From NCBI GenBank assembly GCA_030765865.1, contig JAVCDK010000106.1:1828-33827 (forward strand): a stretch of 32,000 nucleotides of DNA, in the 5' to 3' direction. Shown here one piece after another: positions 1 to 9,404 of the stretch. The DNA is from Candidatus Celaenobacter antarcticus. Lineage in GTDB: Bacteria > Cloacimonadota > Cloacimonadia > JGIOTU-2. Both the position numbers and the translations under genes were made by a program. Below the pieces are notes generated by a model, which had not been told where the DNA came from, did not search any database, and saw nothing but the letters and a program-made list of their open reading frames with translations. Each line of letters starts with the position of its first letter. Positions within the stretch are counted from its first letter, which is position 1.

Positions 1-939
1 ACTAAAGAGTCCTATACCGCCTGTAAAAAGCGATATGCTTGAAATTGCCAGCAAAATAATATTCCAATTCTTTAAAAATTCATTCACCTGCTGCCTTACT
101 TCGAGCATGTCTGCACTTATGTCCCTCATACCAACATCATCTGCCATATTATGTCTGGAACGCAATATCTGAACTGCGGAATTATATACATCTCCTACAA
201 GATCAGCATCAGTCGCTTTTATCCACATGACATCAATGTTCATTGTTGGACGAAGATATTTTGCTGCGAATTTAGTCGGAATGTAGCAGGACTCAAGTGC
301 AAGTCTTCTTTCCCACTCATTCCCTTTAGCAAAACTGCTCTCACTTGATTCATAATCAACGATCCCAATGACTTTCAGTCGGATATCACCTATCGAGATA
401 TATTGACCAATTGCATTGCCTTTTGTAAATAATTTGGTGTTCAGGGTTTGCCCGAGCACACAGACATTTTCACCATTTTGTGATTCAATAATATTAAAGT
501 CCCTGCCGTCTGCAATAAAATAACTTTTTTCTACGAAGAAAGTGTTATGCACTCCTTTTAAACGTATCTGGCTTTTCTTTCCATTTATTATCGTGTTTCG
601 TTGATCATCAATTGTGGGATATATATATTCCACATTTTCGAGATTATCCTTCAGCGCTTCGAAATCACTATAGTTAATTTGCTGGTAACGCTTCACAGTT
701 TTGTATTTTTTAAATTGATCAGTGCTTGTATCAGGATATTTTGAGTATATCACGATCACATTATCATAGCCGAGAGAACTGATCGTATCCTCGATGAGAT
801 TTTTCATTGCCTCAACCGAGGAAAACATCGTGGTAACTGCTGCCACGCCGATCATAATACCTGCCAGAGTTAGAAATGAGCGCAACTTATGGGACAGAAT
901 GCTCTTGATCCCAGAAACAAAGACCTCTGAATATTTCAT
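1..939 (-). CDS. ABC transporter permease, MacB/FtsX-like (N-terminal part; C-terminus lies beyond the left edge)
   Basis: Manual translation of the minus strand from ATG at 939-937 gives MKYSEVFVSGIKSILSHKLRSFLTLAGIMIGVAAVTTM... This is an N-terminal TM helix followed by a periplasmic MacB-type domain, and it ends in a second TM segment (NWNIILLAISSISLFTGGIGLFS) at the window edge. The start overlaps the topA stop as TAATG. It is absent from the ORF track because it is truncated. Confidence 0.8.
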   Translation of the reverse strand, partial: MKYSEVFVSGIKSILSHKLRSFLTLAGIMIGVAAVTTMFSSVEAMKNLIEDTISSLGYDNVIVIYSKYPDTSTDQFKKYKTVKRYQQINYSDFEALKDNLENVEYIYPTIDDQRNTIINGKKSQIRLKGVHNTFFVEKSYFIADGRDFNIIESQNGENVCVLGQTLNTKLFTKGNAIGQYISIGDIRLKVIGIVDYESSESSFAKGNEWERRLALESCYIPTKFAAKYLRPTMNIDVMWIKATDADLVGDVYNSAVQILRSRHNMADDVGMRDISADMLEVRQQVNEFLKNWNIILLAISSISLFTGGIGLFS

Positions 940-3131
940 TATGCCATTTCTTTCCCGCATTTTTCGCAAACAAGTATTTTAACCTTTTTGCGAGAAGGTT
1001 TTTCAAACATGGACTCTGCGCCACAATCAGGGCATTTAACAGCAACAGGTTTCTTACTTGTAATGAATTTACATGTAGGATAGTTGGAGCAAGTATAATA
1101 AAGCTTGCCCTTCTTACCCTTTCTTTCAATGAGTTCACCACCGCATCGTGGGCATTTTACCCCAATTGTAAAAGGTTTGGTAAATTTGCACTTCGGGTAG
1201 TTCTCACATGCGTAAAATTTACCGAACTTACCATTTTTCAAAAGTATCCTACCACCACATTTTGGACATTTTTCACCAGTTTCCACCTCGACGATCTTCT
1301 CATTCTCATCAAGAGATTTCACATTCTTGCATTTGGGAAAGGCAGAACAGGCAAGGAATTTCCCATATTTGCCGTACTTAATGATCATTGGGGATCCGCA
1401 CTTATCACAAATGATATCAGTTTTTTGTTCGTATTTCTTCTTTTCTTTGGAAATATCTATCTTATCCAGATGGTTGATGAAATTACCATAATACTTTTCA
1501 AGAATCTCGATCCAGTTCAGCTCTCCATTTTCGATGTTATCGAGCTTATTCTCCATATCAGCAGTAAATTTTACATTAAAGAAATCTTCGAATTTATCAA
1601 TGAGGAATTTTTCTACAGTTTCTCCAAGTTCCGTCGGAAAAAATTTCCTTTTTTGAAGCGTTACATATTTTCTCTGCATGATGGTAGAAATAATTGGTGC
1701 ATACGTGCTTGGTCGTCCAATACCTTCCTGCTCCAGCTTTTTTACCAATGAAGCTTCTGTGTAGCGTGAAGGGGGTTGAGTGAAATGCTGTTCTTTATGA
1801 AGCTTCTGCAATTCGACTACGTCATTTTGTGCAAGTTCAGGAAAGATTTCTTTGAGATTTTTTATTGGGACATGGGGATAGACTTTTAAGAATCCATCAA
1901 AAAGTATCTTTCCTGCCTGTGACTCGAACAATCCCTTTTCCGCTTGAATCTGTGCGGTGATATTTTCCAGCCGGGTATTGGAAAGTTGTGTGGCAACAAA
2001 CCGTTTCCAGATGAGATTGTAGAGTTTGTGCTGGTCTTTTGATAGATATTCTTTGATTGAACCCGGTGTCGTGAAAGAATTTGTAGGACGTATCGCTTCA
2101 TGAGCATCCTGAGCTTTATTCCTATTTTTATATTTACGAATATAGGAATTCAAATACTCTTCAGGGAAGGAATCCTTTATATATTTTCTCACCTGGTAAT
2201 TCGCCTTATCCGAAATGCGAACAGAGTCTGTTCTCATATAGGAAATAAGTCCGGTGTTTCGACCATGTATTATCACACCTTCGTAAAGTTGTTGTGCGAT
2301 CTGCATAGTTTTCTTGATCGAGAACCCCAATAATTTTGATGCTTCCTGCTGCAGGGTGCTTGTTATAAAAGGAGGAAAAGGGGCAACTGATTTCTGTTCT
2401 TTTTTAACATCTTTTACAATATAATCTGCTTTTTTGAGCTTCTCAAATATCTCTTCAGCTTGTTCTTTTGTATTCAACTTGATGACTTTATTTGCATATT
2501 TTTTCAGTTGAGCTTTGAATTCGATATCCTTCTTCAGGTCAGCTTCGATCGACCAGTATTCCTGGGGTACGAAATCTCTGATCCCACGTTCCCGTTCGCA
2601 GATCAGACGCAACGCAACGGTCTGAACCCTACCTGCAGACAGATTTTTCGTAATGACCTTCCAAAGTATGGGGCTAACTTTGTACCCTACGATCCTGTCG
2701 AGAATCCGGCGTGTTTGCTGAGCATCAACTTTATTATCATCAACATGAGTTGGTTTCTCAATTGCTTCAATAATTGCATCCCTTGTAATTTCGTTGAAAA
2801 CGATCCTATAGATATCTTTTTCAGGAACAATATTTTTCAATATCTCTTTAAGGTGCCATGCGATTGCTTCACCTTCACGATCATTATCTGATGCGAGATA
2901 GATATTGTCGCTCTCTTTTGCAGCTTTTTTGATATTATTCACGACTTTGGATTTTTTCGGGTCCAACACATAGGTCGGTTTAAAATCATCTTTCAGATTT
3001 ATTCCGAATTCTTTTTGCGGCAGGTCGCGTATATGCCCCATGGAAGCAAGAATATAAAAATCTTTTCCAAGGTACTGGCTTATTGTTTTTGATTTTGTCG
3101 GTGATTCAACAATGAGTAAATTTTTTGCCAT
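939..3131 (-). CDS. topA: DNA topoisomerase I (type IA) with four C-terminal C4 zinc-ribbon motifs
   Basis: TOPRIM N-terminus MAKNLLIVESPTKSKTI, DNDREGEAI, and four repeats of the CxxC...CxxxxxC type. I prefer ATG at 3131 (MAKNLL...) over the longest ORF start at 3167. The Toprim domain begins there, GGAAAG lies upstream, and the longer form would overlap secA by 22 nt. Confidence 0.93.
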   Translation of the reverse strand: MAKNLLIVESPTKSKTISQYLGKDFYILASMGHIRDLPQKEFGINLKDDFKPTYVLDPKKSKVVNNIKKAAKESDNIYLASDNDREGEAIAWHLKEILKNIVPEKDIYRIVFNEITRDAIIEAIEKPTHVDDNKVDAQQTRRILDRIVGYKVSPILWKVITKNLSAGRVQTVALRLICERERGIRDFVPQEYWSIEADLKKDIEFKAQLKKYANKVIKLNTKEQAEEIFEKLKKADYIVKDVKKEQKSVAPFPPFITSTLQQEASKLLGFSIKKTMQIAQQLYEGVIIHGRNTGLISYMRTDSVRISDKANYQVRKYIKDSFPEEYLNSYIRKYKNRNKAQDAHEAIRPTNSFTTPGSIKEYLSKDQHKLYNLIWKRFVATQLSNTRLENITAQIQAEKGLFESQAGKILFDGFLKVYPHVPIKNLKEIFPELAQNDVVELQKLHKEQHFTQPPSRYTEASLVKKLEQEGIGRPSTYAPIISTIMQRKYVTLQKRKFFPTELGETVEKFLIDKFEDFFNVKFTADMENKLDNIENGELNWIEILEKYYGNFINHLDKIDISKEKKKYEQKTDIICDKCGSPMIIKYGKYGKFLACSAFPKCKNVKSLDENEKIVEVETGEKCPKCGGRILLKNGKFGKFYACENYPKCKFTKPFTIGVKCPRCGGELIERKGKKGKLYYTCSNYPTCKFITSKKPVAVKCPDCGAESMFEKPSRKKVKILVCEKCGKEMA

Positions 3132-3145
3132 AACTACTTTCCGAT

Positions 3146-6100
3146 CTATCCTTTCTGCCCGCAGCAATGCTTATATTTCTTACCGCTTCCGCAGGGACAT
3201 AGGTCATTTCTTCCCACTTTTTCTGTTTCTCTTCTCATAGGTTGAAGCTTTAGTTCTTCAGGTTGCTGTTGTGCTCGACGCTGTTCTTGTGACATACCCT
3301 GCATTTGTTCTCTCTGCTCTTCTGCACGGGATGCAACGTGGTCAAAAGCATTTCTTTCTTTATGAGAAAGCTGCATATCCTTCACCCTCTCCTGCACCTG
3401 ATAATACAGTGCCGGATAAAGAGTGAAAACATTCTTTATTACTTTTTCTTTTATGGCATCGATCAAGTTAAGAAAGAGTTCATAACTTTCTTTTTTATAT
3501 TCTATAAGCGGATCTTTCTGTCCGTATGCTCGTAATCCGATGCCTTCTTTCAAACGATCCATTTCGTACAGATGTTCCTTCCACTGCTCATCCACGACTT
3601 TTAAAAGAGCATAGCGCTCAAGTTTTCTCTGCTCTTCTTCAAAATGTTTTTCTTTATCAGCATAAGCTTTTGTTAACTGCTCATAAAGAGTATCCATCAG
3701 GTCTTCTTGATTCCTTATTGAGCCGAGTTTAAGAGAAATATTGAGTTTTACTCCCAGTTCATTTTCAAACCAACTAATGATATCATCGAGGGGCCAATTC
3801 TCTTCATATTCAGTTGAACCAATAAATGAGGAAACCTTGCTATTTATCGTATCTTCAAGCATTTCCAGAATCTCATCACGAAGATCCAAACCCTTCAACA
3901 CCTTTCTCCTATATGTATATATAACCTCTCTTTGCTGGTTCATAACATCATCATATTTGATGAGCTGTTTACGTATCTCGAAATTGTGACCCTCCACTTT
4001 TTTCTGTGCATTTTCAACTGCTTTTGTCATCCACGGATGCTTGATCGCATCACCTTCTTCGAGCCCCATTCTGGACATTAAACCGGCAATTCTATCAGAA
4101 CCGAATATCCTCATCAAATCATCTTCAAGGGAAAGAAAGAATTTTGATGAACCCGGATCACCCTGACGTCCGCTACGTCCCCGAAGCTGCCTATCGATTC
4201 GCCTGCTTTCATGCCTTTCAGTTCCAATGATATGCAAACCACATGGCATTTCTTTCTTGCAGTTATGTTCCGGCGACGGCTTATTATTGCCTGCATTTTC
4301 ACAATCCCCCACGCAATCAATGATACAGGTATCGCATCGAACGACCTCTTCACCAAGTTTGATATCCGTTCCCCGACCTGCCATATTCGTAGCGATGGTA
4401 ATAGCCCCGGGCATACCGGCATAGGCAACGATCTCTGCTTCTTTCTCATGATACTTTGCATTCAAAACTTCGTGAGGGACATTCTTTCTTTTCAGCAATC
4501 GGCTGATGATCTCTGAAACTTCGACCGATATCGTACCTACAAGCACAGGTCTGCGCTGTTTGTACATCTTTTCAATTTCATCGGTGAGTGCTTCGTATTT
4601 TTCTTTCTTTGTTCTGTAGATCAGATCGTCATAATCGATTCTGCGTACTGGTTCGTTGGTAGGAATTTCTATCACAGGAAGCTTATAAATTTCTTCAAAC
4701 TCGACCTGCTCCGTGATGGCAGTACCTGTCATACCTGCAAGCTTTGTGTACATACGGAAATAGTTCTGGAGCGTAATAGTCGCAAGTGTTTGCGTAGCTT
4801 CCTGTATCTGGACATTTTCTTTTGCTTCCAGCGCTTGATGAAGACCTTCGCTAAAGCGTCTGCCGGGCATTAGACGCCCTGTGAACTGATCCACGATTAT
4901 AACCCGGTTATCAGAAACAATATATTCTACATCTTTTTCAAAAAGTGAAAATGCGAGCAGCATTTGTTTGATGTTATGAAGCTTCTCATTTTTTTCCAGA
5001 AAATCTTCCTGCGATTTTTGCTTTTTTGCCTGCTTTGCGGTCGAATCCAGAGATTCATCTTTATCTATTTTTTCGATATCTTCATCGAAGTCCGGCATGA
5101 TAAAAAGTGAACTGTCAAATTTAGAAAGTTCATCCTGCCCCATCTCGTTAAGATCAGCACTGCGTTGCCCTTCGTCGATCGCATAATAGAGCTGCTCATC
5201 GATCTTTTGGAGCTGTTTCTCCCGCAGATACTGCCCTTCTACATCATTCATAATCTTTTGATACGTGCCGTTTTTCAGTAACTTCAGGAACCGTTTCGAT
5301 TTCGGCGCAGCACGCTTCACCGTCAGCATTTTCTTACCGAAGTCAAATTCATTCTTCTGTGCAGTGCCGTTCTCTATCATAGTGTTGATGTCTGAGAGGA
5401 GTTCATTCACAAAACGCTGCTGCTTTGTCACTAATTTTCTTATCTGTGGATTGAGTTCCCTGTAATAATTTTTCGAGTGTTCAACTGTTCCCGAAATAAT
5501 AAGTGGAGTTCTTGCTTCGTCGATAAGCACACTGTCTGCCTCGTCAACGATACAGTAATAATGCTCACGTTGTACAAGCCCCTCGGGACTTATAGCCATG
5601 TTATCTCTCAGATAATCAAAACCGAATTCGTTATTCGTACCATATGTGATATCAGCAGCATATTGCTCTCTACGCACAGATGGTTCCTGCTCACCAAATA
5701 TACAACCGACAGTCAAACCGTGATATTTGTAGATCTGCCCCATCCATTCGGAATCACGTTGAGCAAGATAGTCATTCACCGTGATAAGATGGGAGCCCTT
5801 ACCAACGAGTGCGTTCAAATACAATGGCATGGTTGCAACAAGGGTTTTTCCTTCACCGGTTTTCATCTCTGTGACCATCCCATTATGCAGAGCGATCGCA
5901 CCGATAAGCTGGACATCGTAGGGTATCATATTCCATTCTGTTTCTCGACCGCGAACAGACCATGAGGTCCCGACAAGACGTCGGCAGGTTTCCTTTATCA
6001 CTGCATATGCTTCAGGCAGGATTTCTTCAAGAACCTTCTTGGTTTCCTCATCGATGTCCTTTTTTGCATCATCGATCTGGAAACCGATGCGGTCTTTCTC

Positions 6101-6337
6101 ATCGTCCTCAGAGGTTTCATCATACTGCAATTCAAGCTCATCAAGAAGCTGCTGTTTCTTATCAATACGATTCTTAATTTTCTCTTTGAATTCTACGGTT
6201 TTGTGCTTAAGTTCCTCTTCTGAAAGGGAGGAAAGATCCGAATAAATGCGATTTATCTCATCCACAACGGGCTGAATTTTCTTCACTTCCCGTTCGAATT
6301 GGGTTCCGAAAAACTTTGTTAGAACTTTTTTGATCAT
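3146..6337 (-). CDS. secA: Preprotein translocase ATPase SecA (long form, 1063 aa)
   Basis: Walker A MKTGEGKTL, DEAD-like IVDEADSVLIDEARTPLIISG, LHIIGTERHESRRIDRQLRGRSGRQGDPGSS, and the C-terminal zinc motif CPCGSGKKYKHCCG. Confidence 0.97.
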   Translation of the reverse strand: MIKKVLTKFFGTQFEREVKKIQPVVDEINRIYSDLSSLSEEELKHKTVEFKEKIKNRIDKKQQLLDELELQYDETSEDDEKDRIGFQIDDAKKDIDEETKKVLEEILPEAYAVIKETCRRLVGTSWSVRGRETEWNMIPYDVQLIGAIALHNGMVTEMKTGEGKTLVATMPLYLNALVGKGSHLITVNDYLAQRDSEWMGQIYKYHGLTVGCIFGEQEPSVRREQYAADITYGTNNEFGFDYLRDNMAISPEGLVQREHYYCIVDEADSVLIDEARTPLIISGTVEHSKNYYRELNPQIRKLVTKQQRFVNELLSDINTMIENGTAQKNEFDFGKKMLTVKRAAPKSKRFLKLLKNGTYQKIMNDVEGQYLREKQLQKIDEQLYYAIDEGQRSADLNEMGQDELSKFDSSLFIMPDFDEDIEKIDKDESLDSTAKQAKKQKSQEDFLEKNEKLHNIKQMLLAFSLFEKDVEYIVSDNRVIIVDQFTGRLMPGRRFSEGLHQALEAKENVQIQEATQTLATITLQNYFRMYTKLAGMTGTAITEQVEFEEIYKLPVIEIPTNEPVRRIDYDDLIYRTKKEKYEALTDEIEKMYKQRRPVLVGTISVEVSEIISRLLKRKNVPHEVLNAKYHEKEAEIVAYAGMPGAITIATNMAGRGTDIKLGEEVVRCDTCIIDCVGDCENAGNNKPSPEHNCKKEMPCGLHIIGTERHESRRIDRQLRGRSGRQGDPGSSKFFLSLEDDLMRIFGSDRIAGLMSRMGLEEGDAIKHPWMTKAVENAQKKVEGHNFEIRKQLIKYDDVMNQQREVIYTYRRKVLKGLDLRDEILEMLEDTINSKVSSFIGSTEYEENWPLDDIISWFENELGVKLNISLKLGSIRNQEDLMDTLYEQLTKAYADKEKHFEEEQRKLERYALLKVVDEQWKEHLYEMDRLKEGIGLRAYGQKDPLIEYKKESYELFLNLIDAIKEKVIKNVFTLYPALYYQVQERVKDMQLSHKERNAFDHVASRAEEQREQMQGMSQEQRRAQQQPEELKLQPMRRETEKVGRNDLCPCGSGKKYKHCCGQKG

Positions 6338-6366
6338 ATTAACTTTAATTTCTTAATAAATGAAAG

Positions 6367-6386
6367 CCCAGTAATTTTTTACTGGG
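6367..6386. other. Perfect 8-bp stem / 4-nt loop hairpin (CCCAGTAA-TTTT-TTACTGGG) in the secA leader/divergent intergenic region
   Basis: Read directly from the sequence. T4 follows on the plus strand and CTTTCATTT on the minus strand. It lies about 30 nt upstream of the secA ATG. Confidence 0.35.
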
Positions 6387-6613
6387 TTTTACGTCAATAT
6401 TTATAGCAATTTATTATAAAAAATTTGACAATACTTTGGAGAAAATCTTTAAAGGATTGAGTAATGAAATAATTCGTAAAAGTTAATGTCTTAGATAGGA
6501 ATTTGTTTATAATGTGTGTTGGCTTTTAAAAAATAGGTTATTCTATGCTGATTGTTTCAGTATAATTTATTTTATATGGATATTTATAGAAAAATCAAAA
6601 AAAGGAGAAAAAA

Positions 6614-7528
6614 ATGAAAACGATACTTTGCGTTATGATAATAATGCTCTTTGCATTGCCGGTTTTGGCTACTACAATTGTAGTTGACCAGTGGAACGGA
6701 CCTTACTATACGATCGCAGATGGATATGCTGCATGTTCTGATGGTGATACATTACTCTTGTCACCTGCACTTTATAATGAAACTTTAACAATTTCAAAAC
6801 CTTTAACTCTAAAAGGAATGGATGTTCATTCAACTATTATGCAGACCACTACTACTACAATTACAATAAATAATGGTGATGTTCTTGTTCAAGACTTAAC
6901 AGTAAGAGGAAATAATTGTGGTATACATGTTACACAAGAAACACCTACTATTGAGCATTGTATTATTGAACAATCAGGTTATGGAGTTGATATGGATGGT
7001 GATGATGCTATAATACGAAATTGTATTATAAGGAATTGTAATAATTCTGGAATAAAGACTTATGGAACTTTATATAACAAAATTATTAATAATGTAATTC
7101 ATGACTGTAATTATGGTATTAACGCTAGAAGTCATTTAGAAATATGTAGCAATATTATTATAAATTGCAATCGGGGTATAAGCGGTGATTCCTATAGTGG
7201 AAATTTATACTATAATTGTTTTTATAATAATACTACTAATATATATGGTGCAACTGTTGGTCCGGGAAATATTGAGGATCAGAATCCATTGTTTGAAGAT
7301 TTAAGTTCATCCAATTATCATCTTCTACCTGCTTCACCTTGTATAGATACCGGAATTCCTATTGGATTATACCAGGACCTGGATGGAACCCGCAACAATA
7401 TGGGAATTTTTGGTGGACAAACTCCCTGGGGAATGGGTAATCCTACTGTTTTAGATATGCAGATAACTCCAGAATCTGTTCCACAAGGAGCAACTTTTGA
7501 TGTAGAAGCAACTGGAACGGTTGAATAA
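6614..7528 (+). CDS. Secreted right-handed parallel beta-helix repeat protein (choice-of-anchor-Q-like C-terminal motif)
   Basis: Strong RBS AAGGAGA. Signal peptide MKTILCVMIIMLFALPVLA. Repeated I/V-x-N-C-x-x-G-I beta-helix rungs. C-terminal motif DQNPLFEDLSSSNYHLLPASPCIDTG...DLDGTRNNMGIFGG. Confidence 0.85.
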   Translation: MKTILCVMIIMLFALPVLATTIVVDQWNGPYYTIADGYAACSDGDTLLLSPALYNETLTISKPLTLKGMDVHSTIMQTTTTTITINNGDVLVQDLTVRGNNCGIHVTQETPTIEHCIIEQSGYGVDMDGDDAIIRNCIIRNCNNSGIKTYGTLYNKIINNVIHDCNYGINARSHLEICSNIIINCNRGISGDSYSGNLYYNCFYNNTTNIYGATVGPGNIEDQNPLFEDLSSSNYHLLPASPCIDTGIPIGLYQDLDGTRNNMGIFGGQTPWGMGNPTVLDMQITPESVPQGATFDVEATGTVE

Positions 7529-7553
7529 ACAATAAGAATAGAAAGGAGTTTCT

Positions 7554-9146
7554 ATGATGAAAATCATTCTTATTGCAATTACTTTGCTTTTATTATTACC
7601 TATCTCTTCTTATGCTAAGCATCTTGTAACTGCTGAATATTTCATAGACGCAGACCCTGGTGAGGGAAACGGAATTCCCATTTCCGGTACTTATGGTGAC
7701 ACAACAGTAACAGTTTCTTTAACAGGAATTTCAACTACCGGAATTTCATATGGAACTCATATTATTTTTACCAGATTTCAGGATTCAGAAGGAAACTGGG
7801 GACAAACAGGAGCAGCATTGCTAAATATCTCTGATCCAGATCTAAATCCAAAAACACTAACTACAGCTGAATATTACATAGACACAGACCCTGGCGAAGG
7901 AAACGGTATTCCTATTTCCGGAACTTATGGTGACACAACAGTAACAGTTTCTATAACAGGAATTTCAACTACCGGAATTTCATATGGAACTCATATTATT
8001 TTTACCAGATTTCAGGATTCAGAAGGAAACTGGGGACAAACAGGAGCATCTTTACTAAATATCTCTGATCCAGATCTAAATCCAAAAACACTAACTACAG
8101 CTGAATATTTCATAGATACAGATCCAGGAGAGGGAAACGGTACAGTACTTTCTGGTGCTTTTGGTAGTTCCACTGTTAATGCATTCATAAGTGGAATATC
8201 AACAGATAATCTAAGTTTTGGCACTCATACTGTATATATTCGTTTTCAGGATTCAGATGGACAATGGGGCACTTTAATATCTAAACTATTAAATATATCC
8301 TCTCTATATCCGGAAAATTACCTAATTGAATCAGAATATTACATTGATGCAGACCCTGGCATTGGAAATGGAATTCCTCTTCTACCTCAAGACGGAAGTT
8401 TTAACTCTCCTACTGAAATAGCGTATCTGGAGGACATTGATTCTTCACCTCTATCCATAGGAAATCATATACTTTATGTCAGATTTCAAGATGTATTATA
8501 TCAATGGAGTGTTGATAAACCTGATACTTTTGAAGTTATTTATTCAGGACCATTACCTCCTACGAATTTATCAACTACAGGAACTCTATCATCAATTGAC
8601 TTGATTTGGAATCATAGTTTGGGCAGCACCCCAACTGGTTATTGCATCTATCGTGGCACTGATCCTGATATAGTAACTCGTATTGATTCAGTGCTCTATC
8701 CTGATCTCACTTATTCAGATTACTCTGTCCCTAACTACGGAATTTATTACTATAGGATAAGTGGATTTGATGCTCAAAATTTTGAAGGACCAATGTGTTT
8801 GGCTGTAAGTGGTACACTTGATAGAATATTACCTGTTGATTCACTCAATATCTCCATAAGTGGTTCTAATATAGTACTTAACTGGCCACATGTTACACAT
8901 ACAGTTAACGGTAATCCAGTGACCATTGATTATTATAAAGTCTATGGTAGTGAAGAAGGTCCTTATGGTTCATTCTCATTCATTAACGGGACTGGTACCA
9001 ATAGCTTAACACATTGGGGTGTACTCAACTTTGGATTAGATAAGTATTTCTATTATGTAACTTGTTTTAAGATTACAGATAAGGAAAGTGAAAAGGAACT
9101 GTTGGAAATGATAGAAAACAATAATATTGAGAGATTGAAAAAGTAA
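7554..9146 (+). CDS. Secreted protein with four tandem ~78-aa AEYFIDxDPGxGNG repeats followed by two Fn3-like domains and a charged C-terminal tail
   Basis: RBS GGAG. Signal peptide MMKIILIAITLLLLLPISSYA. Repeats are visible in both protein and DNA. Fn3-like segments LPPTNL...IWN...YRISGFD and LNISISGSNIVLNWPHV...YYVTCF. Confidence 0.85.
   Translation: MMKIILIAITLLLLLPISSYAKHLVTAEYFIDADPGEGNGIPISGTYGDTTVTVSLTGISTTGISYGTHIIFTRFQDSEGNWGQTGAALLNISDPDLNPKTLTTAEYYIDTDPGEGNGIPISGTYGDTTVTVSITGISTTGISYGTHIIFTRFQDSEGNWGQTGASLLNISDPDLNPKTLTTAEYFIDTDPGEGNGTVLSGAFGSSTVNAFISGISTDNLSFGTHTVYIRFQDSDGQWGTLISKLLNISSLYPENYLIESEYYIDADPGIGNGIPLLPQDGSFNSPTEIAYLEDIDSSPLSIGNHILYVRFQDVLYQWSVDKPDTFEVIYSGPLPPTNLSTTGTLSSIDLIWNHSLGSTPTGYCIYRGTDPDIVTRIDSVLYPDLTYSDYSVPNYGIYYYRISGFDAQNFEGPMCLAVSGTLDRILPVDSLNISISGSNIVLNWPHVTHTVNGNPVTIDYYKVYGSEEGPYGSFSFINGTGTNSLTHWGVLNFGLDKYFYYVTCFKITDKESEKELLEMIENNNIERLKK
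7629..8543 (+). repeat. In-frame tandem repeat array (unit 234 bp / 78 aa, 4 copies; copies 1 and 2 nearly identical at DNA level)
   Basis: Copy 1 is 7629-7862 and copy 2 is 7863-8096; they share long stretches of identical nucleotides. Copies 3 (8097-~8327) and 4 (~8328-8543) are diverged. Confidence 0.9.
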
Positions 9147-9404
9147 TAGCAATTAATACTGAATTCCATTTGTTGAAACTTCAACAATGAATATTTCTTA
9201 ATTTGAAATAAATGTGAGCATTCTAACCCTCGCTTCACCTGACCTGAAACGCAGTGCCGTCTTTGGGCAAACATTTATTATGCCGGAAAAAGTTAGTATA
9301 ATAAATTAAGGACGTAGAGCCACTTTGGGTATCTAAAGGTGAACTTCACTGTTAAGTATCCTTCCTTTCCAACACAATTAAAATGATATAATCGATAATC
9401 CTTA

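Noticed and set aside
3132-3167. 12-codon N-terminal extension of topA (MLRAERIDRKVV)
   Set aside because: It would overlap the secA 3' end by 22 nt. The Toprim domain starts at MAKNLLIVESP with its own RBS-like GGAAAG.
5477-5965. 162-aa plus-strand ORF, together with other plus-strand ORFs at 3305-6245, inside secA
   Set aside because: It is entirely antisense to a well-supported secA frame, has no RBS and has low-complexity or odd composition. This is a typical shadow ORF.
7629-8543. Possible CRISPR or other non-coding repeat array
   Set aside because: The repeats are 234 bp, contiguous without spacers, and in frame within a secreted-protein ORF. The 29493-29576 repeats are likewise too few and lack spacers.
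9147-9404. 258-bp convergent intergenic region checked for tRNA, sRNA or terminator
   Set aside because: Only a weak AT-rich hairpin (TTGTTGAAACTTCAACAA, 9170-9187) was found. There is no cloverleaf-like or GC-rich structure, which is insufficient to call a feature.
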